From assembly GCA_947627385.1 (NCBI GenBank), contig CANQVV010000016.1, forward strand, positions 1 to 26,311: a stretch of DNA of 26,311 nt. The letters run 5' to 3'. Below the pieces are notes generated by a model. That model was not told the DNA's origin and searched no databases. It saw only the letters and a list, made by a program, of their open reading frames with translations. This stretch comes from an uncultured Bacilli bacterium. GTDB lineage: Bacteria > Bacillota_I > Bacilli_A > RF39 > UBA660. Shown piece after piece: positions 8,401 to 18,334 of the stretch. Position numbers and translations under genes: made by a program. Positions within the stretch are counted from its first letter, which is position 1. The number at the start of each line of letters is the position of its first letter.

Positions 8401-9621
8401 ATGTGTTATAATATATTTGTGATGTATATGAAATATTTAATAATTTTTTTAGTTAGTATATTATTATGTGGGTGTGAAGAAAAAGTTTATGAAGATGATA
8501 ATCAAGATAATTTTAAAGTAATAACCGATGTTGTAAATGTTTATAGTGATATGAAATTATCTGATGTATTAATTAATGAAAGTGGCGTTGAATTAATAAG
8601 TGAAGATTACGATATAGATACAAGTAAACTTGGAAATAAAGAATATAAAGTATATTATCGTCATGATAAAAAGAAATATGTTTATAAATTTAATATTGAA
8701 GTTATTGATTCTGAAATGCCCAAAGTTTTTAGTGGAACCAATAAAACTGTCAATGTTGATTATGATGGTGAAATGTGTAATTTAATTACATATGGTGATA
8801 ATTATACTGGTGATGTTAAATGTGAAATAAGTGGAGACTATGATTTAAGTAAACCTGGAACTTATAAACTTTTATATAAATTAAGTGATAGTAGTAATAA
8901 TGTCAAAGAAGTAACAGTTACCTTAAATGTTGTTAAACCAAGTAATAATTCTTCCGGTGGATCAAATAGTCCTGCTCCTAAAACAAATTTTAGTGATATC
9001 GTAGCATTACATAAAACTGATAAAACTGAAATAGGTATTGATGTTTCTAAATGGCAAGAAAATATTGATTTTAATAAAGTAAAAAATGCTGGGGCTAGTT
9101 TTGTTATGATGAGAATAGGTGTTCAAACTAAACAAAATGGTGAATTAAGTTTAGATAGTTATTATGAACAAAATATTAAAAAAGCCAAAGAAGCTGGTTT
9201 AAAAGTGGGAGTTTATCTTTATACTATTGCTACTAGTAAAAAAGAAGCTGAAAGTCATGCTTTATGGGTAGTAGATAAGTTAAAGGGAGTATCACTTGAT
9301 TTACCAATTGTCTTTGATTGGGAAAATTGGTCTAAATGGAATACTTATAAACTAAGTTTTCATGATATTAATGAAATTGCCAATACTTTTATGAGTACAG
9401 CTAAGAAAAATGGTTATGAAGGAATGCTTTATAGTAGTAAATTTTATTTAGAAACAATATGGGAAAATAAGCTAGATTTTCCGGTATGGCTAGCCCATTA
9501 TACTACTAATGCTAAAAAATCTAGCTATGAAGGTAAATATCAAATATGGCAACTTTGTAATAATGGTCGAATTGATGGCATTAATGGTGATGTTGATATA
9601 GATGTTTTATATCAAGAGTAA
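8401..9621 (+). CDS. GH25 family muramidase (lysozyme) lipoprotein with an N-terminal Ig-like region
   Basis: Signal peptide with Cys (MKYLIIFLVSILLCGC; the real start may be the ATG at 8428). GH25 core IGIDVSKWQENIDFNKVKNAGASFVMMRIGV...GLKVGVYLY...LPIVFDWENW. Confidence 0.82.
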   Translation: MCYNIFVMYMKYLIIFLVSILLCGCEEKVYEDDNQDNFKVITDVVNVYSDMKLSDVLINESGVELISEDYDIDTSKLGNKEYKVYYRHDKKKYVYKFNIEVIDSEMPKVFSGTNKTVNVDYDGEMCNLITYGDNYTGDVKCEISGDYDLSKPGTYKLLYKLSDSSNNVKEVTVTLNVVKPSNNSSGGSNSPAPKTNFSDIVALHKTDKTEIGIDVSKWQENIDFNKVKNAGASFVMMRIGVQTKQNGELSLDSYYEQNIKKAKEAGLKVGVYLYTIATSKKEAESHALWVVDKLKGVSLDLPIVFDWENWSKWNTYKLSFHDINEIANTFMSTAKKNGYEGMLYSSKFYLETIWENKLDFPVWLAHYTTNAKKSSYEGKYQIWQLCNNGRIDGINGDVDIDVLYQE

Positions 9622-9632
9622 AGAGTAATAAA

Positions 9633-10331
9633 ATGAAAAAATTGTTAATATGTTTAATAACTCTTATTTTATTAATCAGTGCTTTATTTACTTATAAATA
9701 TTTTACTAAGCAAAATGATAAAAATGAAAATAAAGAAGTAATTAATAAAGAAAAAAAAGAAGAAATAAAAGATACTTATATAGATAATAATCCTATAATT
9801 CTTGGTTTATATAAAAATTATCGTAATGGTAAAGATAGAGAATTAATTAAAGAATATCAATCTAATTGGACTTATCATCAAGATATTTCATCTTTTGAAG
9901 TTTTTTATACTAATGAAGATTATATTAGCAGTAAAAATCAAATTAAATTAATAGATGAATATAAAAATAAATATGCTAATATTGATGATTATCGAATTGG
10001 TTATATGATAAGTTTTAATACTAATGATAATAATATTAATAAAACTATATTAAGTCCCAAAGATACAGAAGAATTTTATAATTATTTAGAAATATATTTA
10101 TATGATGATTATCATCGTGATGGTTCTTGGTATAGTCATACTACTGAAGAAGAATTTAATAATGATACTTTACTAACATCAATTAAATTAACTGCTGGTA
10201 AAGATATAAATGCTATAACATCAGATATAGTTTTAACTGTCTTTACTTATGATTTTGATGATTTTGATGATTTAGGTAATTATAGAGGTAATAGTAAATA
10301 TACAATTACAGTCAAAAAAAATAATATATAA
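9633..10331 (+). CDS. Hypothetical membrane-anchored/secreted protein
   Basis: N-terminal signal-anchor (LLICLITLILLISALF), then a polar Y/N/D-rich 200-aa domain. No recognisable motif. Confidence 0.55.
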   Translation: MKKLLICLITLILLISALFTYKYFTKQNDKNENKEVINKEKKEEIKDTYIDNNPIILGLYKNYRNGKDRELIKEYQSNWTYHQDISSFEVFYTNEDYISSKNQIKLIDEYKNKYANIDDYRIGYMISFNTNDNNINKTILSPKDTEEFYNYLEIYLYDDYHRDGSWYSHTTEEEFNNDTLLTSIKLTAGKDINAITSDIVLTVFTYDFDDFDDLGNYRGNSKYTITVKKNNI

Positions 10332-10340
10332 TTGAATATA

Positions 10341-11708
10341 TTATTTTTTCTTTTTAAATAATAAAATAAGTATTAATATTATAATTAAAGATATTCCAGC
10401 TAAAATATAATATTTATATTTTTTTATTATCTTAATGATTTCTTTATCATTTTTATCTTCCTTAGTTTTGTTAATAACATTTTCTTCACTTTTGTTATCT
10501 TCTTTAACTTCATCTTTTCTAAGGGTTAAATTCTCAAACATATCATTTTTATTTTCATCTATTCCAACTAAACTTCTAAATAAACCAAATTCTAATGGTG
10601 AATAGGTTTTAATATCAGTAGCTTTGGTATATTCATTATTTTTACCATTAATCCACGCGGTAAACCAAGTCCATTGTTGACTATTATGTTTACTATATCC
10701 TTCCTTAGAGACTTCATAAGCAGTTTTACCATTAAAATACTCTAAGGGAATATCATAATCCATTACAATGGGATTTTCTTTATATAAATGTAAGTATGTT
10801 TTAGGAGTATTCCATATTCCATATTTGTTGAATGATTCAATATGATATGTTTCATCATTAGCTTTTTCAATGGCTTGTTTTAAAATATAAGTATTTAAAA
10901 TATGTTGCCCATGAGAATATTCACCTTTTTCATCATGACCAACTACTACTAAGGGTTTAAATCTTCTAATGTTTTCTACTTCAAAATTAAGAGCATCTTC
11001 TTCGGTTAAATTAGCTCTTTTTAAATTATTTAATGCACCGTTTAAAGATTCTGACCAAGCATCTGGTATTAATCCCATAATCGGGTAATTACGAATACCA
11101 ACAGTATATAAGCCATGTAATTGTTCATGTAATCTTTTAGGATTATCATTATGGTTAGTAAAGTATACTACTTGAACATTTGCTCCTTTGGCTACATAAG
11201 TTGGTAGTAATCCTAAGAAAAATAATTGTTCATCATCACTATGAGTTGAGAAAAGTAGTAAATCAGCTTCCTTACAAGGCTTATCCCATACTTCTACAAA
11301 TTCTGGTAAATTGCCAGCACTTAATGTATAAATTTCTGCAACTTTAACATCTGTATTATATTGAATTTTTAATTCTTGGGTAGAATTTTTACTTAAATCA
11401 ATATATTCATGTAAAAAATTATTTTCCCCAATCTTTATATTTTTATTATCAATAGTGATATTACCTTCTTTACTGGTAAGTTCATAAATAATATATAAAC
11501 CATTAATATTAGTTTCACTATTAATAGTTATTATATCACTACTACTTAAAGATATATAAGTATTTTCATTATTATCTTTTATTTTATTATTAATACTATC
11601 ATTTACTTTATAAGTACTATTACTAGTTATATCATCTGCTAAAACTAAACTGGGTAAAAATAGTATTATTAAAAAAAATATTTTTTTCAAACTAACACAT
11701 CCTAACAA
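10341..11708 (-). CDS. Exported PIG-L/LmbE-family deacetylase with a signal peptide and a C-terminal TM anchor
   Basis: LLLFSTHSDDEQLFFLGLLPTYVAKGANVQVVYFT matches the LmbE AHPDDE...GA.V.VV motif. A downstream H-x2-H lies in YSHGQH. The TTG at 11690 gives MKKIFFLIILFLPSLVLA with AGGA 9 nt upstream, and is the likelier start than the TTG at 11708. C-terminal hydrophobic helix plus KKKK. Confidence 0.7.
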   Translation of the reverse strand: MLGCVSLKKIFFLIILFLPSLVLADDITSNSTYKVNDSINNKIKDNNENTYISLSSSDIITINSETNINGLYIIYELTSKEGNITIDNKNIKIGENNFLHEYIDLSKNSTQELKIQYNTDVKVAEIYTLSAGNLPEFVEVWDKPCKEADLLLFSTHSDDEQLFFLGLLPTYVAKGANVQVVYFTNHNDNPKRLHEQLHGLYTVGIRNYPIMGLIPDAWSESLNGALNNLKRANLTEEDALNFEVENIRRFKPLVVVGHDEKGEYSHGQHILNTYILKQAIEKANDETYHIESFNKYGIWNTPKTYLHLYKENPIVMDYDIPLEYFNGKTAYEVSKEGYSKHNSQQWTWFTAWINGKNNEYTKATDIKTYSPLEFGLFRSLVGIDENKNDMFENLTLRKDEVKEDNKSEENVINKTKEDKNDKEIIKIIKKYKYYILAGISLIIILILILLFKKKK

Positions 11709-11785
11709 AATAAATTATAACATATTTACTTAGTTTTTTTAACTATTTAAATAATGAAACATATAGTATAAAAGGAGGGAATATT

Positions 11786-12706
11786 ATGCTTTATGACTAT
11801 GAATTTGGTAATAAATTTTATAAATACTTTGATGATATAGGGATAGAAGGAACTAAATATCAAATTTTGGCCCCAGAACAAGAGCAAAAAAGACAACCTG
11901 GGATGGAATATTTAATGACACCTAGACCTATATTTGATAATCCTAATTATAAAGGAAGTGGCAAATTAAAGGATAAAGTAGCTATTATCACTGGTGCTGA
12001 TAGTGGGCTAGGTCGAGCTGCGGCGGTAGCTTTTGTTAAAGAAGGAGCCAAAGTAGTAATTCCTTATTATGATGAAGATATTGATGCCTATGAAACCAAA
12101 GAATATATAGAAAAATTAGGTGGTGAATGTTTATTATTATCCGGAGATATTACTGATAAAAAATTTTGTCAAAAAATTGTTAATGAAACTTTAAATAAAT
12201 TTGGTAAAATTGATATTTTAGTAAATAATGCGGGAGTTCAATATCAACAAGATAGTTTAGAATGTATTAGTGATGAACAATTTGATCACACAATGAAAGT
12301 TAATGTCTATGGTATGTTTTATTTAACTAAAATGGTTTTACCACATTTAAAAAGTGGTGCTTCAATCATTAATTTATCATCTGTGACAACATTTTATGGT
12401 GAACCTCAACTTATTGATTATGTAACAACCAAAGGTGCTATTATAGGTTTTACAAGAGCTCTTGCTAGAAATTTAGCTCTGAAAAATATTCGAGTTAATG
12501 CCATTGCCCCAGGATTTTTTTGGACCCCTTTGCAACCAGCTTGTTGGGTTAAAGAAAAAATACCATCTTTGGGAGCAGATGCCGCAATGGCAAGAGGAGC
12601 TAATCCATATGAACTAGCGCCAACATTTGTCTTTTTAGCCAGTGATGATTCAAGTTATGTTACAGGTCAAGTAATTCATAATAATGGTGGTCAAGTAATG
12701 GGATAA
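11786..12706 (+). CDS. SDR-family NAD(P)-dependent oxidoreductase (YghA/YdaD-like)
   Basis: GGGAATA RBS. TGADSGLGRAAAVAF Rossmann motif, NNAG, catalytic Y-x3-K (YVTTKGAI), and end-to-end similarity to E. coli YghA. Confidence 0.88.
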   Translation: MLYDYEFGNKFYKYFDDIGIEGTKYQILAPEQEQKRQPGMEYLMTPRPIFDNPNYKGSGKLKDKVAIITGADSGLGRAAAVAFVKEGAKVVIPYYDEDIDAYETKEYIEKLGGECLLLSGDITDKKFCQKIVNETLNKFGKIDILVNNAGVQYQQDSLECISDEQFDHTMKVNVYGMFYLTKMVLPHLKSGASIINLSSVTTFYGEPQLIDYVTTKGAIIGFTRALARNLALKNIRVNAIAPGFFWTPLQPACWVKEKIPSLGADAAMARGANPYELAPTFVFLASDDSSYVTGQVIHNNGGQVMG

Positions 12707-12719
12707 TTTTATTATAAAA

Positions 12720-13181
12720 TTATCTTCTTTTATGTGGTTTTCTTTCATCAGTTAAATAAAGTAAATAATCAATCGGAACATTATAATATAATGCTAACTT
12801 TTTTAATATTTTAGTTGGTATATCACAAAATCCTGTTTCATAAGGAGAATATCCCGTTTGACTCATATTAAGTATTTTAGCCATATCTTTTTGTAATAAA
12901 TCTTTATCTTCTCTAATATCTCTAAGTCGATTCATATTATTTGATATATTGATTATTTTAGATGGTTTATAAGAAGTATTTATATCAGTTAAACCTAATA
13001 TATAATCAATAGATACTTTATAATAATTAGCTAATTTTTTTAATATTTTTGTTGACATATCTCTAATTTCTGTTTCATATTGAGAATAGCCATTTTGACT
13101 CATAACAAGCATTTTAGCTAAATCTTTTTGTAATAAATTTTTTTCTATTCTTAATTCTTTTAATCTATTCATAATCATCAT
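12720..13181 (-). CDS. XRE-family transcriptional regulator with two tandem HTH domains
   Basis: Two ~65-aa copies of NRL+-LR.EK.LLQKD+AK+L.MSQ.GYS.YET......KILKKLA.YY.V.IDY+L.LTD. The first ATG is probably leaderless (TATGAT -10 ~10 nt upstream). Confidence 0.75.
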   Translation of the reverse strand: MMIMNRLKELRIEKNLLQKDLAKMLVMSQNGYSQYETEIRDMSTKILKKLANYYKVSIDYILGLTDINTSYKPSKIINISNNMNRLRDIREDKDLLQKDMAKILNMSQTGYSPYETGFCDIPTKILKKLALYYNVPIDYLLYLTDERKPHKRR

Positions 13182-13292
13182 ATAGAAAATATCATAACGA
13201 AAAATACGATATTGACATCTAACAAAAAATGAGATAAAATCTATTTATAATATTATATCTCATAATTCGTTATGTAAAGGATTGGTGATGTT
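13182..13292. promoter_or_regulatory. Divergent promoter/operator region between the XRE regulator and the GLUG surface protein gene
   Basis: + strand TTGACA (13212-13217), 17 nt, TAAAAT (13235-13240). Inverted 8-mers ATAACGAA (13196-13203) / TTCGTTAT (13266-13273) flank it. Imperfect palindrome ATATCATAacgaaaaaTACGATAT overlaps the -35. Confidence 0.5.
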
Positions 13293-15134
13293 ATGAATAT
13301 AATAGAAAAATATAAAAAGGAAATAATAGTTATATGTGTAATAATAGAACTAATATTAGTACCATTAATAGTAAGAAATATAATAAGTTTAAAAAATAAA
13401 AATAATAATGATGATAATATGCCAATTATCAATGAAATAGGAAAGCAAGAATTTGGGATAATGTATCAAGAAAGTTATGAAGAACAATATAAAGTATATA
13501 ACGGAAGTATAATGGATGCACTAAATGCAGGATATGTATTGAATATAGCAAGTAGTAAATGTAATGATGGAAGTGGAGCACCAGTAACACCAGATAGTGT
13601 ACTTTCTATAAATGGAAGTATGGTAACAATAAAAAGTAATAAAACAATATATTGTACATTATATTTTGATAAAGGAACAGGAGAAAAGAATAATCCGTAT
13701 AAAATACAATATATAGAAGACTTGGTAGATATACAAGTAGCAGTCAATAGTGGAAAGACAACATACGAAAATAAATATTTTGAGCTATGGAACAATTTAG
13801 ACTTTAATGATCCAAAAAGTTATAGAGATTATACAACGACAGCATATGAAGATATCAATGGCAATAGTATAGATGAAGAATTAAAAACAGAACTCACAAG
13901 TGGAACAGGATGGAAACCAATAGGAGATACAGAAACAAATTCATTTCAAGGAATATTTGATGGAAAAGAACATTCGTTAAGTAATATATATATAAGTAAT
14001 AATACAGCAAGTGCCTCAGTAGGGTTATTTGGTGTACTAAAAAATGCCAATATAAATAATTTAAAGATAACTGGAACAATGGAATCAAGTGTAAGTGCTA
14101 ATATGGGAAGTATAGTTGGAAGAATATATGGTAAAACAACAATTGAAAATATAGAATCAAATACAAATATAACTGGTATCCAAGGAAGTGGTTCAATTGG
14201 TGGAATCATTGGTTCAACAAGTGATAATAATGGAGAAACTACTTTAACACATTTAATAAATAGAGGTACAATAAAAGAAGGAAACTCTACCGCGGGAATA
14301 ATAGCTTGGGCAAGTGGATTAAATGCAACAATAGAAGATTGTCATAATTATGGTGAAATATCTCAAACAGGCACATCAAGTCGAGCAGGTGGTATAGTAG
14401 GAGCAACAGCGGGCTTACAAAATATAAGAGTAAAAATAAATAATTCATCAAATGAAGGAAATGTAACAGGAGTTTGTCGATCTGGTGGAATAATAGGAAT
14501 CGTTAATCCACAAGCAATAGAGGTTGATATAACAAAGTCTTATAATACCGGAGAAATAATAGGAGGTGATTATTCTGGTGGATTGATTGGGTGGTCGGAG
14601 GCTAATAGTACGATAACCGAATCCTATAACACTGGAATAGTATCAGGAAATAATAATATTGGTGGCCTAATCGCAGAATTGCGTAGCGGTAGTTTTGCTA
14701 CTGTGTTAAACTCATATAATGCTGGTAATGTGCTAAGTGATAGTGGAGCATATGCAACTGGAATTGGAAGTGTATATTCTGGGAATTTAACTATAATAAA
14801 TAGCTATAATAGTGGAGCAGTTTCTGGTGGTGCATCAGCAAATGCAGGAATTGCCATTGCGAAAAGTTTGTCTTCTAAGTTAATAATATATAATGTATAC
14901 AATCGGGGTATAATTACAGGTACTAATGCTAATGGAATAGAGTATTATGATTCCGATGTAATTTATGAAAGTAATTACACTTATGATATACCAAGTATAG
15001 GACAAGCCTTTGTAGATACATTAAATAGTAATATAGATAAAATAGATTTAAGTAGTATAGATAGTAGTTTAAGTGGATATACATTATGTAGGTGGAAATT
15101 AGGTAGTAGTGAATATCCAGAACTTGATTGTTAA
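13293..15134 (+). CDS. Large surface protein with GLUG-type glycine-rich repeats and an N-terminal membrane anchor
   Basis: N-terminal TM (IIVICVIIELILVPLIV). Over 10 degenerate repeats of N.G.I.G...(I)GG(I/L)IG / YN.G.V.G, as in GLUG-motif (IgA-protease-like) proteins. Confidence 0.6.
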   Translation: MNIIEKYKKEIIVICVIIELILVPLIVRNIISLKNKNNNDDNMPIINEIGKQEFGIMYQESYEEQYKVYNGSIMDALNAGYVLNIASSKCNDGSGAPVTPDSVLSINGSMVTIKSNKTIYCTLYFDKGTGEKNNPYKIQYIEDLVDIQVAVNSGKTTYENKYFELWNNLDFNDPKSYRDYTTTAYEDINGNSIDEELKTELTSGTGWKPIGDTETNSFQGIFDGKEHSLSNIYISNNTASASVGLFGVLKNANINNLKITGTMESSVSANMGSIVGRIYGKTTIENIESNTNITGIQGSGSIGGIIGSTSDNNGETTLTHLINRGTIKEGNSTAGIIAWASGLNATIEDCHNYGEISQTGTSSRAGGIVGATAGLQNIRVKINNSSNEGNVTGVCRSGGIIGIVNPQAIEVDITKSYNTGEIIGGDYSGGLIGWSEANSTITESYNTGIVSGNNNIGGLIAELRSGSFATVLNSYNAGNVLSDSGAYATGIGSVYSGNLTIINSYNSGAVSGGASANAGIAIAKSLSSKLIIYNVYNRGIITGTNANGIEYYDSDVIYESNYTYDIPSIGQAFVDTLNSNIDKIDLSSIDSSLSGYTLCRWKLGSSEYPELDC

Positions 15135-15175
15135 GCTCGTCAACGAAGACGTAAAAATAGAGCAAACAATCCTTA

Positions 15176-15206
15176 GGAGATGGAGTAATCCATCTCTGTT
15201 TTGTTA
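15176..15206 (+). terminator. Intrinsic terminator of the GLUG gene
   Basis: GGAGATGG-agtaa-CCATCTC (7-8 bp stem) followed by TGTTTTGTT. Confidence 0.6.
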
Positions 15207-15288
15207 TAAATTATTGTAAATACATTGAAAAAAGTTTGAAATTTTGTTATTCTATATTATAGGTAAATATAAATAGAAGAGGTTGATT

Positions 15289-17691
15289 ATGGCTAGTTTA
15301 GGTGAGCATTTTAAAATTAATCCTGAAAATCTAGTTAGTGATAGTCGTGTAACCTTTAAAGGGGTTAACTATCGAATTACAATATTAAGTGAACGCTTAA
15401 TACGTTTTGAATACTCTTTAAAAGGGGAATTTTATGATGGTGCTACCGAAATAGTTTGTAATCGTCAATTTAGTATACCGCAAATAAAAGTTGAACAAGA
15501 TGAAAAATTTTTAGTTATATCAAGTAAATATTTTATTTTGCAATATGCCAAAGAAAAACCTTTTAAAGGTCCATCTTTTGCCCCAGATTCTAATTTAAAA
15601 GTTAAACTAGTAAATACGGATAAAATTTGGTATTATGGTCATCCTGAGGCTCGTAATTTTAAAGGTAGTGCATTTAGTATTGAAGACTTTGGTGCTGAAA
15701 CACAATTATCCAAAGGCCTATACTCAACAGATGGTTTTGCAATGCTTGATGATAGTCATTCAATGCTCATAGATAATGATGGTTATATGCTTGCTGGTGA
15801 TGCTAAAAGAATGGATTTTTATTTATTTGTTTACCGAAGAGATTTTGGTTTATGTTTAAAAGATTATTTTACATTAACTGGATTTCCCCCAATGATACCA
15901 AGATATGCCTTAGGTATCTGGTGGTATCGTGATATGATATATAGTTTTGATGATACTAAAAAATTAATTCAAACATTCAATAAAAATAATGTTCCAATAT
16001 CAGTTTTATTACTTGGAGAATTTTGGCATAAAAAAGATAAAAATAATTACAATTTATATAAAACTGGTTATTCATTTAATCCAGAATTATTTAAAAATCC
16101 CAAAGAATTTACTAAATATATGCATGATCGTGGAGTTAGAATTGGTGTTAACTTAGATGGAGTAGAAGGTATAAGTGCCAGAGAAGATGCTTACCTACGA
16201 ATATGTGATGATATTAATGCCTCGACTGATAGAGTTATTCCATTTAGAGTATTAGATAGAAGTTTTATGGCTAGTTATTTAGATAAACTTATTGATCCTT
16301 TATATGAACTTGGAATTGATTTCTTTTGGCTTGATAGCAAAGATGAAGTTACAACCAGAGCCCTTAATTATTACCATTTTAATGACTATAAAAAATTTCC
16401 TGAAAAAAGAGGAATGATATTTTCTAGAAATGGTGGTAAAGCTGCCCATCGTTATCCAGTTCATTATTCTGGTGAAACTAAGGTTAGTTGGGATACTTTA
16501 AAATATTTACCATATTTTAATTCTACTGCTAGTAACATTGGTATGTCATGGTGGAGTCATGATGTTGGCGGATTTAAAAGTGGAATTGAAGATGGTGAGT
16601 TATATTTAAGATATGCTGAACTTGCTACTTATAGTCCGATATTTAGATTTAGTGCTAAAAGAGGTGCTTACTATAAAAGAGAACCTTGGCGCTGGGATAT
16701 GAAAACTTACACAATTGTTAAAGATTATTGTAAGTTAAGACAAAAATTAATTCCTTATATTTATACCGAAAATTATAAATACCATAAAAATTGTTTACCT
16801 ATAATTCAACCTCTTTATTATTACTATCCAGAATTATTTGATGAACCAGACTTTCGTAACGAATATTATTTTGGTACTGAACTTTTAGTAGCGCCGATTA
16901 CTAAACCAAAAGATCAAATAATGAATCGGGCTATTGAAAAAATTTTTTTACCAAAAGGTATTTGGTATAATTTTAAAACTGGTAAAAAATTTAATGGTGA
17001 TAAGCGTTATACTCTATTTTTTAAAGATGAAGATTATCCCGTTTATGCCAAAGCTGGTTCAATAATTCCTTTAGCTAAACTTGATGAAAATATAAATAAT
17101 ACTAATCCACCTAAGGCTATGGAAATAGATGTTTTTCCCGGCAGTAGTAGTGTTTATCGTTTATATGAAGATGATGGCATTTCTTCTCTTTATGAAGAAG
17201 GTTATTATATAATTACAGCAATTGATTTTAATTATGCCAAAGATAGTTATTCCCTATCTATTCATCCTGTTGAAGGTAAAACTGGTATAATTCCAGATGT
17301 TAGAGATTATAATATTCGTTTTCGTAATACCAGATTACCTGATCGAATTAATGTTAGTATTAATGGGGATATAATTAAAGATTTTATATTTTATGAAGAT
17401 GAAAATGATGTTATTATTGAAATTAAAAATGTTGATACTAAGAAAACATTAGATGTTAATTGTATGGGTAATAATATTGAAATAGATGCAGCTAGAATTA
17501 TTAATGAAGATATAAATGAAATTATTAGTGATTTACCAATAGATACTCTTTTAAAAGAACGGATGGGTTCAATTGTATTTAGTAATTTAAGTTTAAGTAA
17601 AAAAAGAATTGCTATTCGTAAATTAAAAAATACAGGTGTTGATGTCATATTTATTAATCTAGTATTAAAATTGCTTGAATATGTAGAATAA
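15289..17691 (+). CDS. Glycoside hydrolase family 31 (alpha-glucosidase/alpha-xylosidase-like), cytoplasmic
   Basis: GAGG sits 6 nt before the ATG at 15289, so the TTG at 15283 is less likely. GH31 acid/base region HRYPVHYSGETKVSWDTL (compare YicI QRYPVHWGGD). Nucleophile region GIDFFWLDSKDE. No signal peptide. Confidence 0.8.
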   Translation: MASLGEHFKINPENLVSDSRVTFKGVNYRITILSERLIRFEYSLKGEFYDGATEIVCNRQFSIPQIKVEQDEKFLVISSKYFILQYAKEKPFKGPSFAPDSNLKVKLVNTDKIWYYGHPEARNFKGSAFSIEDFGAETQLSKGLYSTDGFAMLDDSHSMLIDNDGYMLAGDAKRMDFYLFVYRRDFGLCLKDYFTLTGFPPMIPRYALGIWWYRDMIYSFDDTKKLIQTFNKNNVPISVLLLGEFWHKKDKNNYNLYKTGYSFNPELFKNPKEFTKYMHDRGVRIGVNLDGVEGISAREDAYLRICDDINASTDRVIPFRVLDRSFMASYLDKLIDPLYELGIDFFWLDSKDEVTTRALNYYHFNDYKKFPEKRGMIFSRNGGKAAHRYPVHYSGETKVSWDTLKYLPYFNSTASNIGMSWWSHDVGGFKSGIEDGELYLRYAELATYSPIFRFSAKRGAYYKREPWRWDMKTYTIVKDYCKLRQKLIPYIYTENYKYHKNCLPIIQPLYYYYPELFDEPDFRNEYYFGTELLVAPITKPKDQIMNRAIEKIFLPKGIWYNFKTGKKFNGDKRYTLFFKDEDYPVYAKAGSIIPLAKLDENINNTNPPKAMEIDVFPGSSSVYRLYEDDGISSLYEEGYYIITAIDFNYAKDSYSLSIHPVEGKTGIIPDVRDYNIRFRNTRLPDRINVSINGDIIKDFIFYEDENDVIIEIKNVDTKKTLDVNCMGNNIEIDAARIINEDINEIISDLPIDTLLKERMGSIVFSNLSLSKKRIAIRKLKNTGVDVIFINLVLKLLEYVE

Positions 17692-17714
17692 ATTTAATAT
17701 AATAAGGTATAAGC

Positions 17715-17896
17715 AGATGAAAAAAGAGTAGTAATAATATGAATTTAGAAGAGAGTTAGTGGTAGGTGCAAACTAATAAAAGAATATTATGAACTTGCTT
17801 TTGGATGTAATAGGGTAGTTTCTTTAAAGACTTAGAGTAAAAGTAAAGGTGGTACCGTGAGAAAATCTCACCCTTTTGTACTACCTTTTTATTTTT
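17715..17896 (+). promoter_or_regulatory. T-box riboswitch leader (Leu-specific) with a terminator/antiterminator
   Basis: AGAGAG box at 17749-17754. Leu codons CTA (17774-17776) or CTT (17794-17796) as specifier candidates. T-box sequence AAAGGTGGTACCGTGAG at 17845-17861. Terminator GGTGGTACC...TGTACTACC followed by TTTTTATTTTT (17848-17896). Confidence 0.75.
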
Positions 17897-17909
17897 AAAG
17901 GAGGATTTT

Positions 17910-18332
17910 ATGAATTATTATTTAGCAATGATTATAGGATTTTTTATATTATTCTTTTGTATTTTTATAGCAGATTTTTTCTTTGTAAAATTAAAATATT
18001 ATCGAAGAGTAACTGGTAAATCTAAAAAGAAAAAGAAAAAAGATAAAGAATTAATGGAATTATCTTATTTAATTAGTAAATTTAATTTAGATAAAAGTAA
18101 ATTACCATTAAAGTTAGTATTATTAATTATCTCTTTAATTAATAGTTTTATTATTTCTCTGGTAGCAATAACAGTTATTATATTACATACTTATATTATC
18201 TTACAATTATTATTAGGTTTTATTCTTCTTTTAGCTCTTATATATTCTCTATATGAAATATATGGTAGATATTTAGTTAAAAAAGGATATTGTCAAGATA
18301 TTAAAAATGATAAAAAGAAAAAGGTGAAGTAA
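17910..18332 (+). CDS. Small 3-TM membrane protein with a lysine-rich loop, encoded between the T-box and leuS
   Basis: Perfect AAAGGAGG RBS. 140 codons open in AT-rich DNA. Three hydrophobic helices. K-rich stretches KSKKKKKKDK and KNDKKKKVK. Stop lies 2 nt before the leuS ATG. Confidence 0.65.
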   Translation: MNYYLAMIIGFFILFFCIFIADFFFVKLKYYRRVTGKSKKKKKKDKELMELSYLISKFNLDKSKLPLKLVLLIISLINSFIISLVAITVIILHTYIILQLLLGFILLLALIYSLYEIYGRYLVKKGYCQDIKNDKKKKVK

Positions 18333-18334
18333 AG

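Noticed and set aside
13475-14209. Minus-strand ORFs (106, 64 and 87 aa) inside the GLUG protein gene
   Set aside because: They lie antisense within a long, well-supported + strand CDS. Their composition is low-complexity I/L/F/Y typical of antisense frames in AT-rich DNA. No RBS.
14929-15165. 78-aa minus-strand ORF overlapping the GLUG gene 3' end and its terminator
   Set aside because: Y/L/N low-complexity, antisense to the coding region, and it spans the terminator hairpin. Spurious.
15226-15270. Candidate promoter (TTGAAA...TATATTAT) for the GH31 gene
   Set aside because: Several alternative -35/-10 pairings with poor spacing. It cannot be resolved by eye, so it is not listed as a feature.
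17391-17648. 85-aa minus-strand ORF inside the GH31 gene
   Set aside because: Antisense within a confident CDS. Hydrophobic low-complexity. No start context.
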